A stretch of DNA of 64,000 nucleotides from an uncultured Pseudomonadota bacterium (GCA_963847705.1 CAWKBC010000014.1:264847-328846); one strand, 5' to 3'. Positions 1 to 9,854 are shown, counted from the first letter of the stretch. Notes: generated by a model not told the origin, from the sequence alone. Numbers and translations: made by a program.

Positions 1-228
1 GTCTTCAAGCAGAAGAGCCCGCGGGCGATCGCGCGCTCGGTCAAGCGTTCGGCGGAGGCGAGCACCCGCCGCAAGTCGCCGCCGTTTCGCTCGGCGATGT
101 CGATGCTGACCTTCTACCTGAACCGCGGTGGCAAGAACCTCCCCGCCGCCGAGAAGAAGATTCTCGTGCGCGCGAAGGACGAGCTCAGGAAGCTTTATGG
201 TCGGCCGACCCAGGCCGAAAAACGATGA
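1..228 (+). CDS. DUF3175-family protein (5' partial)
   Basis: Frame 1 reads VFKQKSPRAIARSVKRSAEASTRRKSPPFRSAMSMLTFYLNRGGKNL...AKDELRKLYGR, stop TGA 226-228; recognised DUF3175 signature. Confidence 0.8.
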   Translation, partial: VFKQKSPRAIARSVKRSAEASTRRKSPPFRSAMSMLTFYLNRGGKNLPAAEKKILVRAKDELRKLYGRPTQAEKR

Positions 229-784
229 GCGTCACCTGTCCGGTGGGCGCCCATTCGCGGGCGAAGTTCTCCAGGCTGTTTTCGCTCAGCCCGCGAGCCG
301 GATCGAGCGTCAGCAACCGGTGGTCGCGCCGGTCGATGGCCACGACCACCTCGTAGTGCGCCAGGGCACGCCCACCGGTCATGGGCTTGGCCAGGCCGAC
401 CAGTACCGGACGCCCGCGAGCAAGCTGGTCGAAGAGGTCGGCGAAGGTGCCTGCCACCACGAACGCTGAAAGCCCCTTGGCCCGCGCCAGGTCTCGCAGG
501 TCGCCCGCGCGCACACCGCCGTCGCGGGGCGGATCCGCGGCGACGACCTCCGCCAGCGAGGCCGGGACGCCGAAGTGCGCGAGCACCATCGCCAGGGCCG
601 CCGGACCGCAATCCGAATCGGATTGCTGCGCGATGAACGGAACGTCGGGCGCGAACGTCCAGGAGGGATCGGCGGCCAGGGCCGACGCCCTCTGGGGCGA
701 GACGGCGCGCGCGCCCCCCGTGTAGCAGCCGGAGGCTGACGCCCAGAGCAGGGCCAGCCCGAAGAGCGTGCGCGCCCGACGCAT
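185..784 (-). CDS. C39-family cysteine peptidase, probable lipoprotein (PA2778-like)
   Basis: Signal peptide ending ASGC; QQSDSDCGPAALAMVL (catalytic Cys), HYEVVV (His), LDPARG (Asp); ATG 784 overlaps upstream TGA. Confidence 0.85.
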   Translation of the reverse strand: MRRARTLFGLALLWASASGCYTGGARAVSPQRASALAADPSWTFAPDVPFIAQQSDSDCGPAALAMVLAHFGVPASLAEVVAADPPRDGGVRAGDLRDLARAKGLSAFVVAGTFADLFDQLARGRPVLVGLAKPMTGGRALAHYEVVVAIDRRDHRLLTLDPARGLSENSLENFAREWAPTGQVTLIVFRPGSADHKAS

Positions 785-1083
785 CAGAGAAGCAGGATGA
801 GGAGAATGATCAGCACGATGAGCAGAACACCGCTGCCGATGTAGATCGTGACGCCGCCACCCTTGAAGTCCTGGAGATTGCGGGCCTTCTGCTCTCGCGT
901 GGACAGATTCGCCCCCTCGGAATCGCTCGAGGGTGTTGCCCCCGAAGCACCCGTCGTCCCGACCCCGTTGGCGATGGCCGCCAGCGGCGCGGGCTCGGAA
1001 GCGAGGGCCTTCGCCGAGCTCACCATCGGAAAGCACCAGACCCCCAGCAACGTTGCGATGACCCCTGCGCGAATCCTGTTCAT
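784..1083 (-). CDS. Small secreted protein with double-glycine motif and hydrophobic C-terminal tail (PA2779-like)
   Basis: AGGAG RBS before ATG 1083; signal peptide; ...LQDFKGG-GVTIYIGSGVLLIVLIILLILLL*; translationally coupled to the C39 peptidase. Confidence 0.75.
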   Translation of the reverse strand: MNRIRAGVIATLLGVWCFPMVSSAKALASEPAPLAAIANGVGTTGASGATPSSDSEGANLSTREQKARNLQDFKGGGVTIYIGSGVLLIVLIILLILLL

Positions 1084-1173
1084 GCGGTCTCCTACCTTTG
1101 TGATGAACACAAAACTTAAACACGACCGCAGAATGGGGAAGCGGCTGATGGAATTCCTGGCGGGACCCTACCC

Positions 1174-1437
1174 CTATTTGACGCCACCCGCCCCCGCCCG
1201 CACGCGCGCCACGATGTGCTTGATCTCGTCCTCGGTGCAGCCGGCCCGAACCAACTCCAGGCGCAGGGCGGCGACGGCCGCGTCGACCCCTTCCCTGAGC
1301 CCGGCCTCGCGCCCCGCCAGAAACTCCGCGCTCTTGTAGGTTTGCGTCTGCCGCTCGGAGGCGCCCAGCGGCTGCATTTCGTCGAGGTGGGTCGGCTCGT
1401 CCTCGAAGACTTCAGGTGATTCGTCGTCCCGCACCAT
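1174..1437 (-). CDS. Small hypothetical protein
   Basis: 87-aa ORF with plausible helical composition. Confidence 0.5.
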   Translation of the reverse strand: MVRDDESPEVFEDEPTHLDEMQPLGASERQTQTYKSAEFLAGREAGLREGVDAAVAALRLELVRAGCTEDEIKHIVARVRAGAGGVK

Positions 1438-1568
1438 GCGCCCAGGCTACCACCGCGGCGATGGTCCTGCTGACCGCAAACGCCTCGCTCTGTGCGCGGG
1501 TGTGCGCCACTCCGCCCGCCTGGTCTGGCGGGCGGAGCGCCCGTCACCGCTGGAGTCGCGGCGGGTGG

Positions 1569-3191
1569 CTAGAGCGTGTCGATGCGGTGCGTGCGGCTCT
1601 CGCGGATGGCGACGAGCCCGATCACCACGGTGATCGCGGCGACGATGACCGGATACCAGAGCCCCGCGAAGATGTCCCCCTTGGCCGCCACCAGGGCCGC
1701 GGCGGTGAGAGGAAGCATCCCGCCGAACCAGCCGTTGCCGATGTGGTACGGCAGCGACATCGAGGTGTAGCGGATGCGCGCCGGGAACAGCTCGACCAGG
1801 AAGGCGGCGATGGGACCGTAGACCATCGTCACGTAGATGAGCTGGATGAAGACCAGCAGGATCAACACGGGGACGTTGACGTCCTCGGCCTTGGCGGTCG
1901 CAGGATAGCTCAGCGTCTTGAGCGCCGCGGTCAGCTTCGGTTCATCGAAGCCGACGATGGTGGCGTCGTTGATGTGCGTGATCGCCTTGGCGCCCTCCTC
2001 GCCGTCCGTGGTGTCGAACGAGAGGCTGCGCTTGGAGAGGAAGTCCTGCACCTTGTCGCACTCGCTGAACACCGTCTTCGGGTTCGGGAAGAGGTGCATC
2101 TTGCAGTTGCTGGCGGTGAGCGAGATCTTCGTGCTCGCCGCGAACCGCTCCAGCGCCGGGTTGGCGTAGTGGGTCATCGCCTTGTAGATGGGGAAGTAGG
2201 TGACCGCCCCCAGCAGGCAGCCGGCCAGCATGATCTTCTTGCGGCCGACCTTGTCGGAGAGCCACCCGAAGAAGACGAAGAGCCCGGTGCCCATCGCCAG
2301 CGCCACCGCCAGGATCAGGTAGGCCGTCTTCCAATTCACCTTCAGTGTGCCGGTCAGGAAGAAGAGCGCATAGAACTGCCCCGTGTACCAGATGACCCCC
2401 TGCCCGGCGGCCGCGCCGAAGAGAGCGATGAGCACGATCTTGAGGTTCGCCCAGTTGGTGAAGCTGTCGCGCAGCGGCGCCTTGCTCCCCTTGCCCAGCG
2501 CCTTCATCTGCAAGAAGACCGGCGACTCGTCCAGCTTGAGCCGGATGTAGATCGAGATCACCAGCAAGACCAGCGAGAGCAAGAACGGGATCCGCCAGCC
2601 CCACGACTTGAAGGCGTCCTCGGTCATGTTCGAGCGGCAGAGCCCGATCACCACCAGCGAGATGAAGAACCCCAGCGTGGCGGTGGTCTGGATCCAGCTG
2701 GTGTGCAGCCCGCGCTTGTTGTCGGGCGCGTGCTCCGCGACGTAGGTCGCGGCCCCGCCGTACTCGCCGCCGAGCGCCAGCCCCTGCGCCAGGCGCAGCA
2801 GCACCAGGATCGTCGGCGACAGCATCCCCACGCTGGCGTAGGTCGGCAACATCCCGACCGCCGCGGTGGCCAGGCCCATCACCATGATGGTGACCAGGAA
2901 GGTGTACTTCCGTCCCACCAGATCGCCGATGCGACCGAACACCAGCGCGCCGAAGGGGCGCACCAGGAATCCGGCCGCATAGGTGGCGAAGCTGGCCAGC
3001 AGCGCCGCGGTGGCGTTCCCCTTCGGGAAGAACAGGGTGGCGAAGAACGGCGCCAGCGTGGCGTAGATGTAGAAGTCGTACCACTCGAAAACGGTGCCCA
3101 GCGAGGAGGCGAAGATGACCTTTCGGATCTCCGCCCCGCTGAGCGCTCCCCCTGGTGTCGTTGCCGTGGAACCCGTGGTCATGGCGCTCAC
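1569..3191 (-). CDS. MFS transporter, metabolite:H+ symporter (MHS) family
   Basis: SSLGTVFEWYDF, GRIGDLVGRKYTF, GGEYGGAATYVAE, ELFPARIRYT motifs. Confidence 0.95.
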   Translation of the reverse strand: MSAMTTGSTATTPGGALSGAEIRKVIFASSLGTVFEWYDFYIYATLAPFFATLFFPKGNATAALLASFATYAAGFLVRPFGALVFGRIGDLVGRKYTFLVTIMVMGLATAAVGMLPTYASVGMLSPTILVLLRLAQGLALGGEYGGAATYVAEHAPDNKRGLHTSWIQTTATLGFFISLVVIGLCRSNMTEDAFKSWGWRIPFLLSLVLLVISIYIRLKLDESPVFLQMKALGKGSKAPLRDSFTNWANLKIVLIALFGAAAGQGVIWYTGQFYALFFLTGTLKVNWKTAYLILAVALAMGTGLFVFFGWLSDKVGRKKIMLAGCLLGAVTYFPIYKAMTHYANPALERFAASTKISLTASNCKMHLFPNPKTVFSECDKVQDFLSKRSLSFDTTDGEEGAKAITHINDATIVGFDEPKLTAALKTLSYPATAKAEDVNVPVLILLVFIQLIYVTMVYGPIAAFLVELFPARIRYTSMSLPYHIGNGWFGGMLPLTAAALVAAKGDIFAGLWYPVIVAAITVVIGLVAIRESRTHRIDTL

Positions 3192-3217
3192 CCCCTTTTA
3201 CTGTTTTTACCTCCTCT

Positions 3218-4507
3218 TTAGAGGAAGTAGAGCTGCCACTGGATGTTGACCTGGTTGGCGGCGTGCGCGGTTCCGGCCTCGGTGTTGTGCATGTAGAAGG
3301 CCTTGAGGTTCGAGTTGTGTCCGTACGGCCAGAAAGCCAGGCCGCCGCCGGCACGCGTCTGATCGACGCTGGTCGTCCCGCCAGAAGAGGTTCCGCCCCA
3401 CAGGTGTTCCAAGCGGAAGATCGGCGAGATGTGGAACGCGTCGAAGTTGTAGCCGATCTCGGTCATCAACGCGGTCTGCTTGGCGAGCGCGATGAACGTC
3501 CCACCGGTCATGTGCACCACGTCGACCTGCCCGGTGAAGATGCCCGGGCCGAGGGGCAGATCGGCGAAGACGTCGCCGCCATAGTAGTGGTAGCTCTTCT
3601 GCGTGTCGCCGGTGATGCCGAAGGAGAGAATCTTCTTCTTCCCGAGATAGGTGCCTGCGTAGAAGAATCCTGGCTCGGGATCGAGCAGGTTGATTTGCAG
3701 GCGGGCGGTGGCGCGCATGAAGTTGTTCGAGCCGACGGTGGTCGGCGTGTCGCCAGCGGCCGCGGGCTGCTCGGTGGCGCGCAGACCCTGGAACAGGCCG
3801 ACGCGGAAGTCGATGTGCCCGTCGAAAACCAGCGCGCGGCCCTGAACGCCGGCGTCACGACCGACCGGGCTGGCCGTGCTGCCGAGGAGCGTGTTGGCGG
3901 TGCTCAAGAAGGAGAAGTTGAAGTAGTCCCAGGAATAGAGCGTCCCCGCTCCCTGGACGGCGTTGTGGGCCATCGGCGGCAACATGTAGCCGGCGTCGAA
4001 TTTGATCATGTCGCCGTACGCCTTCCAGGTAATGAAAGCGTCCTGGATGTTCATCCCCGGCGTGCCCTTGGTGGTCGTTGCGGCGGCCATCGCGGTCGGC
4101 GCCTCGTTCGTGGCCAAGAACAGGTTCGGGTAGTCCGTATCGAAGAAGTACTCGAACTGGCCGAATAGAGTTCCTGCAACCAGGAGCCGCGTGCGGCGGA
4201 TATAAAGGTTGTAGGTCTCGCCGTTGAGCTCGTTGCTGCCGAGCATCTGGAACTGCGGCTGGAACAGCAGCCCGACCTTGAGCGTGTTGCCGCTCGAGGC
4301 CTCGCTCTTGAAGGAGACCGACGGAGGCCAGGCCGGCGCCGGCGGCGGCGCGGGCTCGGCCATCGGCGGCGCGGGCTCGGCCATCGGCGGCGCGACCGGA
4401 ACGGCGGGAACGACATCCGGCGGTGGTGGGGGGGGCGCATCTTCCGCCCGGGCGAAACTGGCCGAGAGGGCGAGCGCACACACAACGAGCGAGATTCGCG
4501 ACATCAT
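3218..4507 (-). CDS. Outer-membrane beta-barrel porin (OprO/OprP-like)
   Basis: Signal peptide, Pro-rich linker, IRRTRL and GRDAG motifs, C-terminal QWQLYFL beta-signal. Confidence 0.75.
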   Translation of the reverse strand: MMSRISLVVCALALSASFARAEDAPPPPPPDVVPAVPVAPPMAEPAPPMAEPAPPPAPAWPPSVSFKSEASSGNTLKVGLLFQPQFQMLGSNELNGETYNLYIRRTRLLVAGTLFGQFEYFFDTDYPNLFLATNEAPTAMAAATTTKGTPGMNIQDAFITWKAYGDMIKFDAGYMLPPMAHNAVQGAGTLYSWDYFNFSFLSTANTLLGSTASPVGRDAGVQGRALVFDGHIDFRVGLFQGLRATEQPAAAGDTPTTVGSNNFMRATARLQINLLDPEPGFFYAGTYLGKKKILSFGITGDTQKSYHYYGGDVFADLPLGPGIFTGQVDVVHMTGGTFIALAKQTALMTEIGYNFDAFHISPIFRLEHLWGGTSSGGTTSVDQTRAGGGLAFWPYGHNSNLKAFYMHNTEAGTAHAANQVNIQWQLYFL

Positions 4508-4843
4508 CTTCGACGCCTCCTGAGGGAGAACCGGTTGATTGACAAATCGCGGGCGCTCTTCTGCGCGCGAGTCAGGCGGACAGTCTCAGGGGCGGTCGCA
4601 AAAATCTTCGCATTCGTGGCGCGTTGCTCTCATTAATGGCGCCGCGCGCCTTGATTTGATGACCGCGCAGTTTGAGCAGCGCCCGACCTCGTCTTGAATC
4701 ACGTTCCGAGACGAAGGCGCGTGGTGCGTTCCAGATATTACAGGACTCGGAGCAAGTTGGAACCACCCGGAACCATTTGGAACGAGATTGCTCCTCTCGG
4801 CGACGACCGCGCCGATCTCTTCACGCCCGATGATCTTCTCCCG

Positions 4844-5326
4844 CTACCCGCGCAACTTGACGACGATGGTGTTCGCCGCCTTGTCGCCGAGGCGCTGGCG
4901 CCGCTCGCCGAGAGCGAAGGCCCAGTCGAACACGCCGAGCATTCTGACCAGGTTTCGCAACAGCGAGCCCCCGTAGCTGCAGGGCGCTCCCGTGCTCTGA
5001 TCGACGACGGCGATCTTGACCAGCTTCTTGCCGAAGCTCTGTCCCTCACCGAGGCCGTCGGAGAAGAGCAGGTAGCCGACGAACATCAGGACGGCAGGCG
5101 CCGCACCCACGCCCAGCGACGTCCCGATGTGCGTGCCGAGGACCATCCCCCCGCACGACACCGCCGAATCGATGAAATGCGCTGCGAACCGCTCACCCAG
5201 CGTCGCCCGGGGCAAAGCCAGCGCCCGCGAGGTCCCCACCGCGAGCGCGCCCGTCTGGAAATCGTGCCGGCAGTCGCACTCGGTCGCCATCTCCGGGTTG
5301 GTCAGCCCGCATCTTGGACACTGCAT
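4844..5326 (-). CDS. RDD family protein with N-terminal Cys (zinc-ribbon) motif
   Basis: CPRCG...CDC; RFAAHFID, GQSFGKKLVKIAVV, QRLGDKAANTIVV. Confidence 0.85.
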   Translation of the reverse strand: MQCPRCGLTNPEMATECDCRHDFQTGALAVGTSRALALPRATLGERFAAHFIDSAVSCGGMVLGTHIGTSLGVGAAPAVLMFVGYLLFSDGLGEGQSFGKKLVKIAVVDQSTGAPCSYGGSLLRNLVRMLGVFDWAFALGERRQRLGDKAANTIVVKLRG

Positions 5327-5421
5327 GGACGCCCCCTCGTTCGTGCTCGAACCATTGATGATGCGCGCGCGGGCGGCGCCCCGTCAACGCGCCGCCAGGG
5401 GGCCTTCGGGTGACCCACCCC

Positions 5422-5754
5422 CTAGCGGGGCGAGGCTGGTCGAGAACGCCGTGACGGGCCGAAAAGCAGGCGCCGGAACGCCCCCCAGGCGGCGGCCGCC
5501 GCCTGACGAAGAGTCCTGCCCTGTTCCAGCCGTTCGAGCGGGCGCAGGTCATCGAAGCGCTCTGGTTCGGCCGCGCGCGCAGGCTCATCCGGGGGAGCGG
5601 CAGCGAAGAAGGCCTGCTCGAGGTCACTCCAGTCCGCGCCGTTGCCTCGGGCAACCGAGGCGGGAGCGTTGCGCTTCACCCCTCGGGAGCGCCTGTTTTT
5701 GTTCTTGGACGGCGCGTGCGCCGACTTCGCCAGAGCGAGATGTCTTCGGGCCAT
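5422..5754 (-). CDS. Hypothetical protein
   Basis: ATG 5754; WSDLEQAFFAAAPPDEP...FDDL segment; start uncertain. Confidence 0.4.
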   Translation of the reverse strand: MARRHLALAKSAHAPSKNKNRRSRGVKRNAPASVARGNGADWSDLEQAFFAAAPPDEPARAAEPERFDDLRPLERLEQGRTLRQAAAAAWGAFRRLLFGPSRRSRPASPR

Positions 5755-5891
5755 CGCCCGATCTACGGCCCCCGGACGCGATCGGACGCCCGGAAAAACG
5801 CCCTTCGGCCCTCTCTCGTGGCCAGACTGAATCGGACCCTCCGAACCGAACCCGATCTTCAAGATCCGCGCCAGCGGCCCGATGAAGAGAT

Positions 5892-7064
5892 GTGCCCTGC
5901 GTTCGGCCATCGCGCGGCCTTCTCGCCCTGCTGCTCCTGCCCCTTTCGGGTTGGCTGGCCTGCGCCAACCGGGGCATGCAGGCCCCGTCAGTCGACTCCA
6001 TCGTGGGGACTGGCTCGGACGACGGGGGCGCGGCAAGCCCTGATGGCTCGCCCGGCTCCGGCGGGGCGGGCGGGATCGCCGCGGCGGGCGGCGCGACAGG
6101 AACCGGCGGCACCGGGGGGGCGAATACGGGGGGCGGCGCCGGTCTGGCCAGTTCGGGCGGCGCCGGTGGAGGCAGCCTGGGCGGCGCCGCCGGTCGGGCG
6201 AACACCGGTGGCACCGGGGGTCAGACGAGCTCCGGTGGCGCCGGCGGAGCGACCCCGGCCGGGACCGGAGGTCAAACCAGCACGGGCGGCACCGGCGGTG
6301 GAAACCTCGGCGGCAGTGGAGGCACCAGCAGCGGCGGCGCGGGCGGCACGGGCGGCGGCGGCACCAGCAGCGGCGGAGTTGGCGGCGCGAGTGGCGGCGG
6401 CGCCGCCGGTCAGAGCCTTCCCCCGCTCTTCGCGTACTACCCCTTCGACCAGACGGCCGGTCCGACGATCCCGGACGCCTCCGGCAACGGTCACGCCGGA
6501 ACCCTGGCGGGCACTGCCACCTTCCCGGCCGCCGTGATCGGCAACGGGCTCAGTCTGCCGGGCGCCAGCGGCGACTACGTCGCGCTGCCGAGCGCGCTCC
6601 TCCAGTCGGTGACGAACGTGACGATCGCCCTGTGGGTCAACGTCGGCGCCGACCAGGCCTGGCAGCGGGTCTTCGATTTCGGCAGCAGCACGAACGTCTA
6701 CATGTTCCTCACCCCCCACGCCGGCGGGACCACCGTGGCGCGCTTCGCGATCAGCACCAGCGGCAACGCCACCGCCAATGAGCAGCGCCTCGACGCGACC
6801 GGCGTCCTGCCGATCGGCACCTGGACCCACGTGGCGATCGTGCTGGGAGCCGGCGGCGGCACCCTTTATGTCAACGGCGCGGTCGCCGGCACCAACGCCG
6901 CGCTCACGCTTCGGCCGGCCGATCTGGGAGCGACGACCAACACCTGGCTCGGCCGGTCACAGTTCACCGCCGATCCGGCCTTCAACGGTCAGATCGACGA
7001 CCTGCGCGTCTACGCCAGCGCGCTGACCGCCAGCCAGATCACGACGATCTACAACGCCCGCTGA
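5892..7064 (+). CDS. Lipoprotein with Gly-rich linker and LamG/concanavalin-like domain
   Basis: LAC lipobox; AYYPFD, DASGNG, WQRVFDFG, WTHVAIV, LYVNG, FNGQIDDLRVY. Confidence 0.9.
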   Translation: MPCVRPSRGLLALLLLPLSGWLACANRGMQAPSVDSIVGTGSDDGGAASPDGSPGSGGAGGIAAAGGATGTGGTGGANTGGGAGLASSGGAGGGSLGGAAGRANTGGTGGQTSSGGAGGATPAGTGGQTSTGGTGGGNLGGSGGTSSGGAGGTGGGGTSSGGVGGASGGGAAGQSLPPLFAYYPFDQTAGPTIPDASGNGHAGTLAGTATFPAAVIGNGLSLPGASGDYVALPSALLQSVTNVTIALWVNVGADQAWQRVFDFGSSTNVYMFLTPHAGGTTVARFAISTSGNATANEQRLDATGVLPIGTWTHVAIVLGAGGGTLYVNGAVAGTNAALTLRPADLGATTNTWLGRSQFTADPAFNGQIDDLRVYASALTASQITTIYNAR

Positions 7065-7086
7065 CCGGCGGTCTCTCGGCCCCGGT

Positions 7087-7593
7087 TCAGGCGGTCGAGT
7101 ACCGCCGGGGGACCAGCCGTCGGTCACTCGGGGTGGGCAGCTTGCGCGCGAGGCGCCGTGTGTAGACCACCTCGGTGGCCGCGAGCCGATCGTGAAATCC
7201 CCGACGCTCCGGCCCCAGGATCCAGAGGAACCCGAGATAGAAGGGGAGAGCCGAGAGCAGATAGCCGGCGAATCGGAGCACGGCCCGACCGAGGCCGACC
7301 TTTCCACCGCCGAGCGCGACGACGCGCAGGCCGAGCAACCATTTTCCCGGCGTCTGCCCCCGAAGCCACCAGAAGACGATGTTGTACAGACAGACGATCA
7401 GCGGGGCGCAGACGAGCAGGAGCTCCCCCAGGCTGAACGGAGGGGCGAATCGGCGGAGGGCCTGCTGCGCCAGCAGCAGCAACGACGCGGTCCCCTGCAA
7501 CGTCACCCAGAGAATGATCGCGTCCGCCGCCACCGCGGCAAGCCGGGTGACGAACCCGGCGCGTTCGCCTCTGGTACGGGCGAGGGCGGTCAT
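7087..7593 (-). CDS. RDD family protein
   Basis: AGFVTRLAAVAAD, GQTPGKWLLGLRVV, RGFHDRLAATEVV; ATGA overlap with upstream ORF. Confidence 0.9.
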   Translation of the reverse strand: MTALARTRGERAGFVTRLAAVAADAIILWVTLQGTASLLLLAQQALRRFAPPFSLGELLLVCAPLIVCLYNIVFWWLRGQTPGKWLLGLRVVALGGGKVGLGRAVLRFAGYLLSALPFYLGFLWILGPERRGFHDRLAATEVVYTRRLARKLPTPSDRRLVPRRYSTA

Positions 7594-8192
7594 CGTGGTC
7601 GTGTCGCTCGGCCGGCGCCAAAGAGGCGCCCCACCGTGCGTTCCGCCAGGTTGTCGGCGCGCGCGGACCGCTCGCGCAGCTCGCTCATGGCGGTCACCGC
7701 GATCCCTTCGCTCTGCTCCCGGATGACGCTCTTGAGGTCCGGGCTCTCGGAGATGCGTGCGAGCATGTTCTCGCGCAACACGGTGAGCGCGTCGAAGGCC
7801 AGGAGGCGGCTGGCCGCTTCTTCGCGCCGCCCCAGCTCGGCCCAGCGGGCGAGCCGTCTCTCCCCCTGAGCGCGCCAGGCCCGCAGCCGATCTGCCGCCG
7901 CAGGCAGGCCCGGCAACCGAGCGACGACGCTGCGCAGGCGCTCGAGCGAAGCCGCCCGCCGGCGGGCCGAGGCGGCCAGGGGCCTCCACCGGGCGCGCGC
8001 GAGCGCAGGCGCCCTGGAGGCGGCACCGACGGCGTCGGACAGCATTCCCATGGCCGCGTGGCGAAGACTGGGAGCCGTGCCCGCGGCCGTCGGCTCGAGC
8101 AGAGGCGGCGCCTCGACGGCAGCGCAGGCCGAGAGGACGCCCCCGACCCGTTCATTGGTCAGCTCCGTCATGCCCAGCACAAAACGGAACAT
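7590..8192 (-). CDS. Hypothetical protein coupled to the RDD gene (start uncertain)
   Basis: Ala/Arg-rich helical ORF whose stop overlaps the RDD start. Confidence 0.55.
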   Translation of the reverse strand: MFRFVLGMTELTNERVGGVLSACAAVEAPPLLEPTAAGTAPSLRHAAMGMLSDAVGAASRAPALARARWRPLAASARRRAASLERLRSVVARLPGLPAAADRLRAWRAQGERRLARWAELGRREEAASRLLAFDALTVLRENMLARISESPDLKSVIREQSEGIAVTAMSELRERSARADNLAERTVGRLFGAGRATRPR

Positions 8193-8596
8193 CAATCGCG
8201 CTCGGCCAAGCGAGGTGGGCGAGGCGGGCGAGGCAGGCGAGAGTCGTTCCGTCGGATCGTTCGCGGGCCGGGTCGCCGAGAGCCTCTCTTCCACCTCCTT
8301 CAACCTGGAGTGCCGCCGCGACACCGCAACGGTCGGCGTTGTGAGGCGCGGTCGCAATCTTGTGGCGCCAGGTCGCCGAACCTCGACGGCAGCCCGCCGG
8401 CCCTCAGCCGCTGGTCGGCCTGGCACCGAAACACGAGGGCGGCGCGCTTCCGTGCGGCGCGAGGCAATCACTCGCCCGCGAGCTCTGCGCGCGTAGTGCA
8501 CAGGTGTGAGCCTCGATGTGAAGCCCTCCATACAGATCGCGGTTTGAACCAACGCCGTCTGCGGGCTCTTACGGCCCCTGCCGGTCGTCCGCAACC

Positions 8597-8611
8597 TGGC
8601 CTGGATCGTGC
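8597..8611 (+). promoter_or_regulatory. Possible sigma54 -24/-12 promoter
   Basis: TGGCCTGGATCGTGC (GG-N10-GC) about 55 bp upstream of ATG 8666. Confidence 0.35.
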
Positions 8612-8665
8612 TCACCGCTGTGGTCGAGCAACAGCCAACCCGCCACCCTCTCGAGGAGATCAGCC

Positions 8666-9577
8666 ATGTCGAAGCAGCTTTCACTCACGTTCGGGGTCGC
8701 CGCCGTCTTGCTGCTGCACGCAGGCTGCGGCGAGCCAGAGTCCTCCACCAGCGCCCCCGACGATGCGATCCAGGCCGTCTATGAAGGGCGACTGACCGTC
8801 CCGCAGGCCCAGACCAGTTGCGGCTGCCGCCTGGAGCTGGTTCCCGTCGGCGGCACGGTCTTTCACTTCGGCCTCGATCTGTCTCAGAGCCCGCCGGTCT
8901 CGTTTCCCTTCCAGTCCACCGTTGCGGGCGTGCACGTCTCGATCGCCGAGCTTCCCATCACCCGCCTCCTCAACATCCGGTCGGACGCGAACGGCAAGTG
9001 GGGCTTCACCGCCATCAAGCTCCAGGGCAAGCCTCTTCCGCTCTCTTTCGTCTATCAGCTCGATGGATATCAGACCACGAAGTCGCAGGTCTTCCAGGTG
9101 GGAGATTTCGGGATCACCGATCTGGCGGTTCAGTTCTCGACCGCGGCCTACTTCTCGGCAGCCAAGGGCCAGATCGAACAGCAGATCGGCGGCCTGATCG
9201 GCGCCCCTTACACGCTGAACAACGTCCTGGTGACGACGGTTGGAAAGTCCTGGGCGTCGATGTACTCACCCCAGCTTCCGCACGGCGATCCCGGGGCGCA
9301 GGTCTCGATCGACCCGGCGGTCGCCTTCCCCGCCTCGCTCGGTCCGGTTTACTTCAATGCGTCCGTCTCGCCCGACCCGACCTTGAGCAGCACCTCGGTG
9401 GATGGTGGCGTTCTCTTCGGCAACCTGCCGAATGGCAGCTACACGGTCACCGCCACCAAGGCGCCGTTCACCTATGCGTCGCTCACCTTCGTCATCGAGA
9501 GCGACATCGGCCTCTACGTCGCGTCACCGCCGCACGCCACCCAGGGGACGAACAGCTCGCCACCCGGACAACCATGA
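8666..9577 (+). CDS. Lipoprotein with beta-sandwich (carboxypeptidase-regulatory-like) domains
   Basis: GAGGAG RBS; HAGC lipobox; FGNLPNGSYTVTATK motif. Confidence 0.7.
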   Translation: MSKQLSLTFGVAAVLLLHAGCGEPESSTSAPDDAIQAVYEGRLTVPQAQTSCGCRLELVPVGGTVFHFGLDLSQSPPVSFPFQSTVAGVHVSIAELPITRLLNIRSDANGKWGFTAIKLQGKPLPLSFVYQLDGYQTTKSQVFQVGDFGITDLAVQFSTAAYFSAAKGQIEQQIGGLIGAPYTLNNVLVTTVGKSWASMYSPQLPHGDPGAQVSIDPAVAFPASLGPVYFNASVSPDPTLSSTSVDGGVLFGNLPNGSYTVTATKAPFTYASLTFVIESDIGLYVASPPHATQGTNSSPPGQP

Positions 9578-9747
9578 CGTCTCGCGCAGCCGGGGCGTGT
9601 CGGCGTGCTCGGCCATCGCGCTTCCCCCGCCTCTTGCGCAGGCGACGGCGTCGGCTCTTTGCGTCGGCGCCGTTCGATCCGGCGTTGCCAGCCGGCAACA
9701 GGGACCGTCTTGGCGGTCCAACACGGTGTGCAGGTGGCTCAACGGAG

Positions 9748-9765
9748 TGTGCAAACATCTGCACA
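9748..9765. promoter_or_regulatory. Palindromic enhancer (UAS) candidate
   Basis: TGTGCA-N6-TGCACA plus an upstream TGTGCA half-site, about 40 bp before a sigma54 promoter. Confidence 0.55.
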
Positions 9766-9803
9766 TCGGACTCCGCGGACCCAGGCCGGCATTGACGTCG
9801 TGC

Positions 9804-9818
9804 TGGCACGTCAGTTGC
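9804..9818 (+). promoter_or_regulatory. sigma54 -24/-12 promoter
   Basis: TGGCACG-TCAG-TTGC, a perfect consensus match upstream of the kinase. Confidence 0.8.
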
Positions 9819-9854
9819 GTAATGGAGCCCCGGGATGTGTATCCTCGGTGATCT

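Noticed and set aside
1416-3221. Long antisense ORFs (for example 1416-3221, 9492-11285, 18734-20692, 40508-43342)
   Set aside because: Shadow ORFs opposite well-supported genes, expected at high GC
4350-4395. 21-bp repeat in the porin gene
   Set aside because: Ordinary Pro-rich linker duplication (PPMAEPA)
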